64,000 nucleotides of DNA from an uncultured virus (IMG/VR IMGVR_UViG_3300037467_000874) (IMGVR_UViG_3300037467_000874); one strand, 5' to 3'; positions 40,625 through 50,468 are shown, numbered from the stretch's first letter. Notes: generated by a model not told the origin, from the letters alone. Numbers and translations: made by a program.

Positions 40625-41515
40625 TTATAGTTTTATTTTTATTGCTTTCTCAAGATAATAATCATTTACTCCAGTTTCAATCCATTTGCCAGTAGTTTCA
40701 TCTTTACGTACTCTAGCTTTTTCAGAAAGATTTTTGATCTTAATGGAATCTCCAACTTCAAAAGATTCAATATCTTTTTTGCCATAAAACTTATCCTTCT
40801 TGACTCTGAACTCAAACGTGTCTCCAGTTTTATAGCAGAATGACTTAACTGCAATATAAGCTGTTTTAGGCTTCATGTCGATATCCATTACAGCTAGTAT
40901 TGTTTTAGGAATTTCTTTAAAAGTTGTTTTGATGAAACCATAATGATCAAGTTCAAATGCAATTTGTTCATATGGTTTAATGGACAAGTCAACTTGTCCC
41001 TGTCTAAGCTCGTCCTCATATTCATGAAGTGCCGCAATTCGTTTGAGCTTAGTTGCCTCCTTGTGCGTCTTGTTATATCTGCTCTTGCCATCGTTGACTT
41101 CTTTAAGGATTGTAAGCAATAGTTCTTTGCTTCCATACTCAGAGAAGAAATCAAGTTTGATAAGGATATCAAGTTGTTTAGAGTTGATTGAAGTAAGTTC
41201 TTTGATTTGAATGATCATATCAACAAAACGATTTGCTGGCTGAAGCTTTGCAATATCTTCTGCAATCTGAGCGTTACAGTGTTTAATCAAAGAGATTCCG
41301 TAGACAAGCTCTCCATCAACCACTTTACATAAAGCATTTGCATCTTTGAAATTTAATGGCTTTATTTTAACTCCCATTCGTTTAGCCTCTTTGAAAGCAG
41401 TTTCAATTTTATCGTGATGATCTACTAAGGAGTTAAGCCATGCACACATAAACTCAGTTGGGTGGAATGCTTTCAGATATGCACAGATCATTGCAATAAT
41501 TGCATAAGCTTGTGA
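40625..41515 (-). CDS. dnaE: DNA polymerase III alpha, exon 2
   Basis: Begins SQAYAIIA..CAYLKAFHPTEF, the continuation of FNKAH. Confidence 0.9.
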   Translation of the reverse strand, partial: SQAYAIIAMICAYLKAFHPTEFMCAWLNSLVDHHDKIETAFKEAKRMGVKIKPLNFKDANALCKVVDGELVYGISLIKHCNAQIAEDIAKLQPANRFVDMIIQIKELTSINSKQLDILIKLDFFSEYGSKELLLTILKEVNDGKSRYNKTHKEATKLKRIAALHEYEDELRQGQVDLSIKPYEQIAFELDHYGFIKTTFKEIPKTILAVMDIDMKPKTAYIAVKSFCYKTGDTFEFRVKKDKFYGKKDIESFEVGDSIKIKNLSEKARVRKDETTGKWIETGVNDYYLEKAIKIKL

Positions 41516-41588
41516 CTTTACCACACTAAGATTTCCTTAGTCGCATTATATATACGTTGTGGTCTGGACTATACCATAATCTCAAAGT

Positions 41589-42593
41589 TTATTGAGATTT
41601 CCTTGTGGTAGTCTCTGAACGCCCTTCTTGAAATAATTTTTCACGTTTACGACCCATCCCTAAGTCATAGACGTATATTTTCTCTTTTAAAATAGTTATA
41701 TTTGATTTAAGAGCAGTCCTAACAAGAAAACAGTCATTCCACTTTTCATTATCAAATGTTTTTTGAGTAATTTTTAAATTACTCATTCCTAATAGAATTA
41801 ACTCTTTTATGCACCACTCAAGAAAATCTCTTGAAGCAGAAACGATAAAAAATTCTTTGCCATCACTTCTAATCCAGCCGTCTCCATCAATAATTCCTTT
41901 AAAGATATGTGGAATATAATTTCTTTCATCTTCATTGAGCAACGGCCCCTTTAATGTTAGAGATTTTCTTGGCACAACCCCAAATCTAGTCAAATCATCT
42001 ATAATTGTTTTAGAATTAAGAGTTAGTCTATATTTTGCCTTTTTACTTTTACAACTATCAACAATTGTCGTGTAATTACCCTTTCCAGTCATTTCTGCAA
42101 GATAACTTATTGCATCTTCATCGGTTAAATCAAGTCCTATTTGATCATTGGTAATATAACCATCGGTAAGAAGCAGTCCAACCATATAAGCTTTCCATTC
42201 CGCATCAAGCTTATTAAACATTGTTTCTTCATAAGTTTTTCTCATTTTATTAGCTTCATCTTGCGTTCTCATTTTGCCATTATAAAGTTTAACTTTATCT
42301 GTTATTGATTTTCTTGTTTTAAAACCATACTTTTTTATCAATTCTTCCATAGTAAAAATACCAGACTCATAATCTGAAACTAATTGCCTTATCTCTATGA
42401 CTGATAATTTGTTTTGTTTTGTATAAATTCTTTTTCTTTTTATACCATTATCGTGAGCCATATCAGCCATTGCCTGCCTAGTCATGACTATTCCTTGTTC
42501 TTTTAATCTTAATATAGCCTCATCCAAGTCTTGTGCCTCTTGATATAATTTTAAAATAAGTTCTTTTTGTTTTTGAGTATATTTTTTTGCCAT
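41589..42593 (-). CDS. Intron-encoded LAGLIDADG homing endonuclease with N-terminal HTH-like region
   Basis: YMVGLLLTDG and IFKGIIDGDG motifs; RBS AAAGGAGG. Confidence 0.85.
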   Translation of the reverse strand: MAKKYTQKQKELILKLYQEAQDLDEAILRLKEQGIVMTRQAMADMAHDNGIKRKRIYTKQNKLSVIEIRQLVSDYESGIFTMEELIKKYGFKTRKSITDKVKLYNGKMRTQDEANKMRKTYEETMFNKLDAEWKAYMVGLLLTDGYITNDQIGLDLTDEDAISYLAEMTGKGNYTTIVDSCKSKKAKYRLTLNSKTIIDDLTRFGVVPRKSLTLKGPLLNEDERNYIPHIFKGIIDGDGWIRSDGKEFFIVSASRDFLEWCIKELILLGMSNLKITQKTFDNEKWNDCFLVRTALKSNITILKEKIYVYDLGMGRKREKLFQEGRSETTTRKSQ

Positions 42594-42616
42594 AATTTAT
42601 AACCTCCTTTCTTTCT

Positions 42617-42645
42617 ATTGTATCATGGGATGTAAATTATTTCAA
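42617..42645 (-). promoter_or_regulatory. Intron-internal promoter for the endonuclease
   Basis: TTGAAA-17-TACAAT with TG. Confidence 0.65.
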
Positions 42646-42820
42646 GAAGTCTCGATGCGGATTGTCCATATTATTTATACTTCAACTTTTTACCATATCG
42701 TTGTAGTTAGCAACGCCCTTAATCATGTCACCATATTAAGTTGGTATTGAAGTCTTTAGGAGTTCCCCGCAATTAGAAGGATTTTCTTAGTATGTCGCCA
42801 CACTAAGCCACACACATTTT

Positions 42821-45127
42821 ATGGGCTTTATTAAATGAATATTTGGCGAAGTTCAGCATATCTTCCCACAATTGATCTACCTGCTCCTTTGTCCAACCTC
42901 TTTTGTACAAGCCATCACGAAGTTCAGGCTCAGCTTTCGCAAGTTTCTTCATATCTTTTTTACCTGTAGCTTGACGTAAAAGGTCTGGATTACGCATGCC
43001 AGCCATTCGTCCAATCTCAATCAGTTGTTCTTGATATACAATAATGCCATAAGAGATTTTAAGAATACGTTCAAGATCAGGGTGAAGATATTCAAATTGT
43101 TCTCTTCCGTGCTTCCTATCAATGTAGTTTTTGATATATTTCAAACTTCCTGGCCTATACAGAGCATTTACAACTCCTAGATCATCTAAATGGGTAGGAA
43201 TCATATTTATCAATGTTTGCTTCATACCTTCGCTCTCGAACTGGAAAACTCCGTCAGTAAATCCATTTTTAAAGATTTCTAACATCTCAGCACAATCGTA
43301 TGTGATGTTACGGATATATTCAGTGTCCTTGCCAATCATATCTAGTGTGTCATAGATTACATCAACTGTACGAAGTCCAAGTAAATCTACCTTAACTAAA
43401 CCAAGTGCTTCTGCATCTTTCATGTCAACTTGTAAGACAAGCTGACCTTCCTTCTGTGATAATCCTGTATAATAAACAGCAGGATCAATCGTTACTACCT
43501 TACCGCATGGATGCATTCCATATGAGCGGGGTAATCCTTCTAGTTTCATTGCATACTCAAACAGTCTTGGATATTGACGCTGATAGGGCTTCAGAATGCC
43601 ACTTGTAAGCCCTTCTGCAATCGTATCCTCTCCTAGTAGCTTCGTTATCTCATTCGTTACTTCAAATGGCACTCCAAGCACTCTACCAACATCCTTGATA
43701 GCGCTCTTGGTCCAGATGTAACCAAATTGACCAAGAGCTACAACATGCTCATACCCATGTTCAGTAACGATATTGTTATAGACAAGATCGCGTTCTTTTG
43801 TGCCGAAATCCAAATCAAAATCTGGTATTTTAATCTCTTCAGGCTTAAGCTCTCCACTCTTGATTAAATCAAGTTGGGCAACATCAATAAAGCGCTCAAA
43901 ATACAATCCATGTTCAATTGGATCAATATCTACAATATTAATCAGATAAGCTACAAGCGAACCTCCACCAGAACCACGTGCAATACCTCTTCTGCGAACA
44001 GATGTTGCGTATCCATAAACAAGGAGATAGTATCCTGTGAATCCCATATCCTTGATCGCATTAAATTCATAAATAAGTCTGTCCCTATATTCTTGTTGAA
44101 GCTTCTTTGATTTATATCCAATCTTCCTAAACTTCCATCCCTCGTTACACAAATGTTGCAAGTAATCTTCCTCAGTTTCAAAACCTTCTGGAACTTTAAC
44201 ATGAGGAATTAAAGGTGCTGAAAGTGGCAATGGAGCATTGCATTTATCCATTATGTTCAGAGTATTCCTAATTGCAACATTACGCTCATCTTCAGTCAAA
44301 GACATAAGAAGATTCCATGCCTCTTTTTCACTTTGAATCTGTGTGTCTTGATATGTTTCGTCAGATTCAAAATCGTCTTTGTTACGGTTGATACCAATGA
44401 AAACCCTGTGCAAATCTAAATCTTCTTCATTGACAAAATGACTGTCAGCAGTAGCAACCCATTGAATGCCTAAGTCTTTTGCAATGTCAACTATCGCACG
44501 ATTTAATTGCTGTTGACGCTTATCTCTGTGTGATTGAACTTCAAGATAATAATCCTCACCAAATGCATTACGATAACGTCTTGCAATTTCTTTGGCTCTC
44601 TCAATGTTGCCAGATGTTATTTCAACATCACCATTACCAATCTTTCCTCCAGCTAATGCTTGTTGCAATTCAGAGGCCATACATCCTGACATGATGATTA
44701 AGCCATCACCAAATTCTTCAAGCAATTTAAAGTCAATACGAGGTTTAAAATAAAATCCTTCAAGATTGGAGATTGTTACAAGCTTATTGATGTTCTGTCT
44801 ACCCTGTTCATTTTTTGCTAGGATAGTTAGATGATAGTATTTATTTGTTTTATCTTTGATAAATCTATCTTCAGTGATATATGCCTCTAATCCATAAATA
44901 AACTTCAAAGAATTTTCTTTAGCCAATTTATAAGCTTTTACAGAACTATGAACGTTGCCGTGTTCCGTACAAGCAAATCCTCTTTGATTTAAACCTTTTA
45001 CTTTTGCTATAATATCTTCTGGCTTACTAAGTGCATCGAGAAGCGAATATGCTGTGTGTAAATGGAGATTTACAAATCCATCTTCAGTTGCACAACAAGC
45101 ACAATTATCAATTACATTTAATTCCAT
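42821..45127 (-). CDS. dnaE: DNA polymerase III alpha, exon 1 (spliced product 1065 aa)
   Basis: PHP domain (LHLHT.YSLLD, TEHG, ADSH), RGSGGGSLVAY, PDFDLD, KVDLLGL, FNKAH. Confidence 0.93.
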
Positions 45128-45219
45128 AGAATCTCTCCCTTGTCTTCTGGCAAATCAAGTTGTCACTTTATTGCAATCAGATTGACTAATTTGTTATCTC
45201 TAATTTATTCTTTCATCAC

Positions 45220-45447
45220 TTAATCATTCGCCGCCGCAAGCAGTGCAATGCCAACAAACCAACAGAAGACAATTACCAGAAATCCAACAACTTCTCTAAT
45301 AATAATCATGAATACATCCCATGCAATATTCCCACCATGTACAATGTCAATGATTGCTTTGATCAGCATGTAGATGTCAATATAGAATCCAGCACAAAAT
45401 CCTCCGATAACAATCAATACTCCAAGAATAGACAACAATGATTTCAT
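45220..45447 (-). CDS. Small 2-TM membrane protein
   Basis: Two hydrophobic helices. Confidence 0.7.
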   Translation of the reverse strand: MKSLLSILGVLIVIGGFCAGFYIDIYMLIKAIIDIVHGGNIAWDVFMIIIREVVGFLVIVFCWFVGIALLAAAND

Positions 45448-45462
45448 TTTATCACTTCTCCC

Positions 45463-45672
45463 TTATTGTTTTTCTGTAGGAATCATTTGTAATATATCAA
45501 TATAATGAACTAACAACATTTCATTTTTATCATTACTGAATGCACACAATCCAGTAGGATTAAAGTTTTCACATTTACCTACGAATTGCATGGTATTCCC
45601 AGTTTTTATTGTACTATTATAGATTGAGTAGGGTTTCTTGAATATTACAACATACCACCCATTTAATTCCAT
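45463..45672 (-). CDS. Hypothetical protein
   Basis: Tight packing; RBS GAGGGG. Confidence 0.6.
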   Translation of the reverse strand: MELNGWYVVIFKKPYSIYNSTIKTGNTMQFVGKCENFNPTGLCAFSNDKNEMLLVHYIDILQMIPTEKQ

Positions 45673-45861
45673 TTATTCTTCCCCCTCATCATCTTCATCG
45701 TATAAATAGAAGTTGATTTCATCAAGAACGGCATCAATATCAAGTATTTCTTCTTCTAGTTGCTCAATTTTCTCTAAGGCGCTCTTTCTAACTCGTTCAA
45801 GGCATGGTTTGCACATAGAGTCAATGTAAAAACTTCTATTACATTCACAATTATTTTGCAT
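45673..45861 (-). CDS. Small Cys-containing acidic protein
   Basis: CEC...CKPC; overlapping start. Confidence 0.6.
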   Translation of the reverse strand: MQNNCECNRSFYIDSMCKPCLERVRKSALEKIEQLEEEILDIDAVLDEINFYLYDEDDEGEE

Positions 45862-46306
45862 CCAAAATCAATCTCCTTCCCATATTAGCAAGAACATCTG
45901 CTCTTTCGTTCTCAGGAACACCAATGTGTCCTTTCACCTTACAAAGACTAACATTCCCATGCTTCTCATAAAGATCAAGCAATTCAACCCATAAATCCTG
46001 ATTTTCAACTGGCTTCTTCTTTGCATTCTTCCAACCGTTTGAACGCCAATTCACATACCACTTATCTTTAAAACAATTTACTACATAGGCACTGTCCGAA
46101 TATATTTCAACAGGAATGTCATTTCGTTTAAGTTGCTTAATTGCACTAATGCAAGCTTGCAATTCCATTCGGCTGATTGTGGTATCTTCATAACCTTCAT
46201 AGACTTCTTTTACATTTCCTTTGTAAGACATTACAATACCAATTCCGCCAACTCTATCTTTGTGATCTACACTTCCGTCTGTATATATAATTATTTTATC
46301 TTCCAT
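45851..46306 (-). CDS. rnhA: Ribonuclease HI
   Basis: IYTDGS, RMEL.A, YSDSAY, W..NGW....KPVEN.DLW, VKGH, NERAD. Confidence 0.95.
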   Translation of the reverse strand: MEDKIIIYTDGSVDHKDRVGGIGIVMSYKGNVKEVYEGYEDTTISRMELQACISAIKQLKRNDIPVEIYSDSAYVVNCFKDKWYVNWRSNGWKNAKKKPVENQDLWVELLDLYEKHGNVSLCKVKGHIGVPENERADVLANMGRRLILDAK

Positions 46307-46553
46307 TCATTTTTTCCAACCTTCTTCTTGACTCACCAATGTCCCCATAATAAAATCCTTCTGACCAATCTTCAGGATTCTCATCAACGTATTTTTTACA
46401 TGGAATACAATAATAAGAAGTTGAAAAATATCCTTCGAATACTCCAGCATAATAATGTGCAGATGAACCAGAAGGGATTTTTTCACAACAACCAAAGCAA
46501 TTATGATCCTTTCTTGTCTTTTTAACTAATTTCCAATTGTAGAAATCACTCAT
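46296..46553 (-). CDS. Zn-finger hypothetical protein
   Basis: KTRKDHNCFGC...YCIPC. Confidence 0.7.
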   Translation of the reverse strand: MSDFYNWKLVKKTRKDHNCFGCCEKIPSGSSAHYYAGVFEGYFSTSYYCIPCKKYVDENPEDWSEGFYYGDIGESRRRLEKMNGR

Positions 46554-46936
46554 TACTCATCACCAAACGCTTTTTCAAATCTCTCTAATTTATCTGCAAA
46601 TTCTTTATCTTTCCTTACTTTTGCTCTTTGCTTTTGTTCTTTAATATCGTCAATGATCTTGTAAATCTTATCGCACCATGATCCTTGATAGAGCCATTCA
46701 TCATCTTTAAATACAACAAGTTCATCATCATCATTGATCAGAGTAATTATAATGGATATAGATTCAGATGCAGATTTTCCGCTAATACGATACCAAGGAT
46801 CATTCGCTACATGAAATTTAACATTGTTAATTGTAATAGTCTTATCAATTCCAATATTTTTAATAACATCATCAATAAAATATTTTACACTTCTACCTTT
46901 AACTTTTTCTGCATTATCATCTTTGTTCCAAAACAT
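46553..46936 (-). CDS. Hypothetical protein
   Basis: RBS AAGGAGG. Confidence 0.7.
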   Translation of the reverse strand: MFWNKDDNAEKVKGRSVKYFIDDVIKNIGIDKTITINNVKFHVANDPWYRISGKSASESISIIITLINDDDELVVFKDDEWLYQGSWCDKIYKIIDDIKEQKQRAKVRKDKEFADKLERFEKAFGDE

Positions 46937-46958
46937 CTTTTAACCTCCTTAAAATAAA

Positions 46959-47010
46959 TGGCACTCTAGCAAGTAAAATCCATTTTACCATATAGAGTGC
47001 CAAATGTCAA
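46959..47010 (-). promoter_or_regulatory. Sigma-A promoter embedded in nested inverted repeats
   Basis: TTGACA-17-TAAAAT with TG; TGGCACTCTA/TAGAGTGCCA and GTAAAAT/ATTTTAC. Confidence 0.75.
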
Positions 47011-47017
47011 TAGTTGT

Positions 47018-47176
47018 TTATTCTTTTATTTGTCGTTTAAAGATACATTCTCCACTGATAATAGTTACAAGTTCCCAACCTTGGGCACCTAATTCATTTA
47101 ATAATTTTATACTAAGTTGCCCATGATGAGGCGACAGTGAATGAAAAGGTACTTCTTTATATTCAAATTTAATCAT
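47018..47176 (-). CDS. DUF4177-like small protein (not in ORF track)
   Basis: MIKFEYK...LNELGAQGWELV...IFKR. Confidence 0.75.
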   Translation of the reverse strand: MIKFEYKEVPFHSLSPHHGQLSIKLLNELGAQGWELVTIISGECIFKRQIKE

Positions 47177-47185
47177 TCCCATTCA

Positions 47186-47743
47186 TCATACCAATTCATA
47201 TCCATTATTCATCATAAGTTTTAACAAGCAAGCGTGTAAATGATTAGAAGTAATTTCACCATTTGCCATCATAATAGCAATATCTTCAAAAGGACGCTCA
47301 ATAACTTCAATAGATTCATCTGCATCAAGATTCTGATCGCCTCTCAAGCCCCTCACTTTAATGTAAAAGTGATGAACTTTTTCATTGGTAAAGCCAGAGG
47401 AAGTCATAGTTGTTCCAAGGGATTGTACAATAACTGTATCACTATACCCAGTTTCTTCAACAAGTTCTCTAACAATTGCATTCATGGGATATTCACCAAC
47501 TTCAACAATGCCAGCAACGCCACCAAGTTCATACTTCATAGAACCAACTCTAAATTCTCTAATAAGAACTACAGTATCAGTGTCAATATTATGAACCAGT
47601 GCGACCGCCACTTCATTTTTTACAATAACATCTCTAGTAATTTTCTTTCCGTCTGGAAATGAAATTTCTTCAGTTCGATCAGTGTAAATGGCACCTTTAT
47701 AATTTTCCTTGCAAAGTTTACTTGTGGGCATTGATTGTTCCAT
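47186..47743 (-). CDS. Nudix hydrolase, ADP-ribose pyrophosphatase-like
   Basis: Nudix box GIVEVGEYPMNAIVRELVEETGY; EFR, SSGFTNE, LDADESIEV. Confidence 0.88.
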   Translation of the reverse strand: MEQSMPTSKLCKENYKGAIYTDRTEEISFPDGKKITRDVIVKNEVAVALVHNIDTDTVVLIREFRVGSMKYELGGVAGIVEVGEYPMNAIVRELVEETGYSDTVIVQSLGTTMTSSGFTNEKVHHFYIKVRGLRGDQNLDADESIEVIERPFEDIAIMMANGEITSNHLHACLLKLMMNNGYELV

Positions 47744-48500
47744 TTTCTTCAGCCAACTTTCTGTAGTGTTCTACTTTGAAAAGTTCTTCACGAATTACAG
47801 GGAACAATGGTGAAAGTTTCAAGTTTACATACTGCCGCCATTTCCAAAAATTATTTTCAACAAGATAATTGCGCATTTGAGTAGCACTAATGTCAATGTT
47901 TCCACGCGCAACAATCAGTTGATTAACTGTCTTGATATCGTCTGGATTAAACCACGACATTCTTTCTTCGTCATTACCAAAAACCATAATATCAGGACTT
48001 TCTTTGATATCATACTGATTAGCTCGCAGTGCAACATTTTGAAGAACAAAGTTGCCCCATGCCCAGCTATGATCATTTTCGTGAGTCAAATCAGGCATAG
48101 ACGTTACAAAGAGATTTGGCTTGTCTTTATAAATCTCATTGATAAGCCTAATGCGAAAATGAGTTTCAAACGGATTGCGAATTGGATTGGTAATTCGTGC
48201 ATCATCTTGTGCAGAGCCAACAATGACCAAAACCTTCTCGCAAACATCAAGCGCTCTATCAATCATTTGTTCATGACCAATATGAATATGCTGGAATCGT
48301 CCAAGCAAAAAACCAAATTTAAATGGTTTTTTAGGCATAGGTGTAAGATATGGGAAAGTTGATGGCCCAGTCCAGATTGTGTTATTTTTTTCATGATTAT
48401 ATGGTGGAGGATCGCCAATTGTCCAAGGCCTAGGCGGTGTTGCGCTAATAATATCTCCATTTGCATCTTTATTGTTCATATTCATTTCCATACATATCAC
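47718..48500 (-). CDS. nadM: NMN adenylyltransferase (NadM-like)
   Basis: GRFQHIHIGH, IVGSAQ, RNPF, ISATQMR. Confidence 0.85.
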   Translation of the reverse strand: MICMEMNMNNKDANGDIISATPPRPWTIGDPPPYNHEKNNTIWTGPSTFPYLTPMPKKPFKFGFLLGRFQHIHIGHEQMIDRALDVCEKVLVIVGSAQDDARITNPIRNPFETHFRIRLINEIYKDKPNLFVTSMPDLTHENDHSWAWGNFVLQNVALRANQYDIKESPDIMVFGNDEERMSWFNPDDIKTVNQLIVARGNIDISATQMRNYLVENNFWKWRQYVNLKLSPLFPVIREELFKVEHYRKLAEENGTINAHK

Positions 48501-49876
48501 CCTTTATATTGTTCTTTGAATTCAGCAATCATATTTTCAATTTCCTGAGAAATGTAGATTACTTTTTGATGATCATCAACTTCTTGAACACGATCATAAA
48601 TTTCATTCCATTCAGTTGTTTTGATAATTGGCTCTTCAGTAGTGTCATCATGAACATAAATAATCTCATAAAGATCATTGTACGTATAGGACATAAGACT
48701 TCCTTCAGGAATGACGAGCAAATCTCCGTCTTTTTTAATGATAGAAACCTTGCCGGGAATACTGCGCTTCAACGCTGTCATTCCAAATTTCATACGTGGC
48801 TTACCATTAGAGAATGCAACCTTCATTGCAAATCCAAGGTAGTCACGGTCAATGTCCTTGTAGAATCCAGCACCAATACCATAAGAGACGAACGCCAATG
48901 GCACTCCAGCATCTTTAAGCTTTGCATCATATGCTTTGACCACCTCAAACGTAATGCCTTCTCCAATGATCACAGAGACGTTTGCAAGATTGTTTTCAAT
49001 ACATACTTTGTAAATCTCAATAGCTTGATCAAGAACATCTCCACTGTCAGGACGGCAAACAATATGGACACCTTTGTCAAGTGCATAGCGAGCAAGGCCA
49101 ATAAGATACTGATTAATAAAACGATTAGCATCATAAGTATCAATAACTAATGCCACAGTTCGAAGTGGCGTATTGACAGCAAAATCAATTGCACGAATAT
49201 AACAATCATATTCTTTATCGAATTGCTGAGTTACCTTATGTGCAAGTGCAGGAATGCTACCAATCTTGGCTTTTGGTGTATGCTTTTTAGTATGGAAATC
49301 ATCAGTTCCTACAAGGAATAGATTCCAAGCAGTACCAGCCCAATATCCACTTTCTGGACATTGATGCCCACGCCATCCAAAACTATGAAAACGAATCATT
49401 GGAAGATCGTTGTCTTTAAGATACTTTGCCATTTCATATGCACGTGTAGCGCAACCAGAGGCAAAAGCATTTTGAAGAATAATACCTTCCCACCAATCCT
49501 TTAATTCGCCAAATCCTTCAACGGTATTACGAATCTGCATGAATGGTGTACCAGCAGGAATATATGATCCTTCAGGAAGAGATTCAATCATGATTGGTGC
49601 ATAGCCATTGAATTCATTTACAACTCGTTCCCACAACTCTCTTGGGAATGGCATACTTTTTTCTTTTGCATATTGTTCAGCTTCGTCAACCATCCACATT
49701 TCAATTTTAATAGAAAGAACACGATTTACAGCTTCAGAAACCCCATAAAGTACCATTGGACGCTTTCTATTATAAACATGGCTAACTTCCCAGTCATTAT
49801 TGAACTTGAGAAATTGATGAGATAGATTGTACGTATCAGTCAAAATAAGAGGATTAGAAAATAAATCTTTTAACAT
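48497..49876 (-). CDS. nadV: Nicotinamide phosphoribosyltransferase (Nampt/NadV family)
   Basis: TDTY, LPEG, HSFGWRG, GTD, SIPA..H, DTYD, RPDSGD, RD..GFAMK. Confidence 0.88.
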   Translation of the reverse strand: MLKDLFSNPLILTDTYNLSHQFLKFNNDWEVSHVYNRKRPMVLYGVSEAVNRVLSIKIEMWMVDEAEQYAKEKSMPFPRELWERVVNEFNGYAPIMIESLPEGSYIPAGTPFMQIRNTVEGFGELKDWWEGIILQNAFASGCATRAYEMAKYLKDNDLPMIRFHSFGWRGHQCPESGYWAGTAWNLFLVGTDDFHTKKHTPKAKIGSIPALAHKVTQQFDKEYDCYIRAIDFAVNTPLRTVALVIDTYDANRFINQYLIGLARYALDKGVHIVCRPDSGDVLDQAIEIYKVCIENNLANVSVIIGEGITFEVVKAYDAKLKDAGVPLAFVSYGIGAGFYKDIDRDYLGFAMKVAFSNGKPRMKFGMTALKRSIPGKVSIIKKDGDLLVIPEGSLMSYTYNDLYEIIYVHDDTTEEPIIKTTEWNEIYDRVQEVDDHQKVIYISQEIENMIAEFKEQYKG

Positions 49877-49941
49877 TCAGTTCATCCTTTCGTTTTTGGA
49901 GTGCAGAAATCAATCCGCACCCCATTTATTTTATCTTTCAC

Positions 49942-50439
49942 TTATAGAGCTTTTTTTACATACTTACGAAGGATTTTTCTAATTTCTTCAACTTCGTTAA
50001 AGTTTTTATCTTCTTCTTGAATTCTTTTGGTAGCTTTAATAGACTCCATTGTGAATAGAATAAGTTCTCTAACGCCTGCCACTTCTGCAACAGAATCTTC
50101 ATAATTCCGTTCAAGGAATTCGCCAACTGCCGCAACAATAATCATATCTTCAAGAGTAATTTTGGCATCACTCTTCGGTGTTTCTGCTTTAATATCTTCT
50201 TTATCTTTTGATGAATTAACTTCTTTTTTATCTTCTACAAGATCAAAGCATTCTTGTTTAACAACATATTCATCGCCGTAATACTGAGGGCAATTATGCT
50301 CTAAAACCCGAATAGTCATTTCACGACCAAGAATGTCAACAACTTCCCCTTTTAGCATATCTGTTGATATTATTCCATATTCCCCATTACTCAATTCGTT
50401 GCCAGTTACAATATCTCCAACTTTAAATTTGTTCTCCAT
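49942..50439 (-). CDS. Hypothetical protein with KFKVGD SH3-like N-domain
   Basis: N-terminus paralogous to the next gene. Confidence 0.7.
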   Translation of the reverse strand: MENKFKVGDIVTGNELSNGEYGIISTDMLKGEVVDILGREMTIRVLEHNCPQYYGDEYVVKQECFDLVEDKKEVNSSKDKEDIKAETPKSDAKITLEDMIIVAAVGEFLERNYEDSVAEVAGVRELILFTMESIKATKRIQEEDKNFNEVEEIRKILRKYVKKAL

Positions 50440-50468
50440 TTTACATTCTCCTTTAGTTTTATCTTCTT

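Larger units (their letters stand above)
41516..42820 (-). mobile_element. Group I intron (1305 nt) in dnaE
   Basis: Exon ends in U and intron ends in G; P AATTGCGGGGAA, Q AATCCGCA, R TCAGAGACTAC, S GGTATAGTCC; P1, P2, P4, P6a, P7, P8 and P9 pairings visible. Confidence 0.9.

Noticed and set aside
40625..45127. dnaE as a pseudogene, split intein or natural two-piece gene
   Set aside because: No intein terminal motifs; the group I core and exact in-frame junction explain the break.
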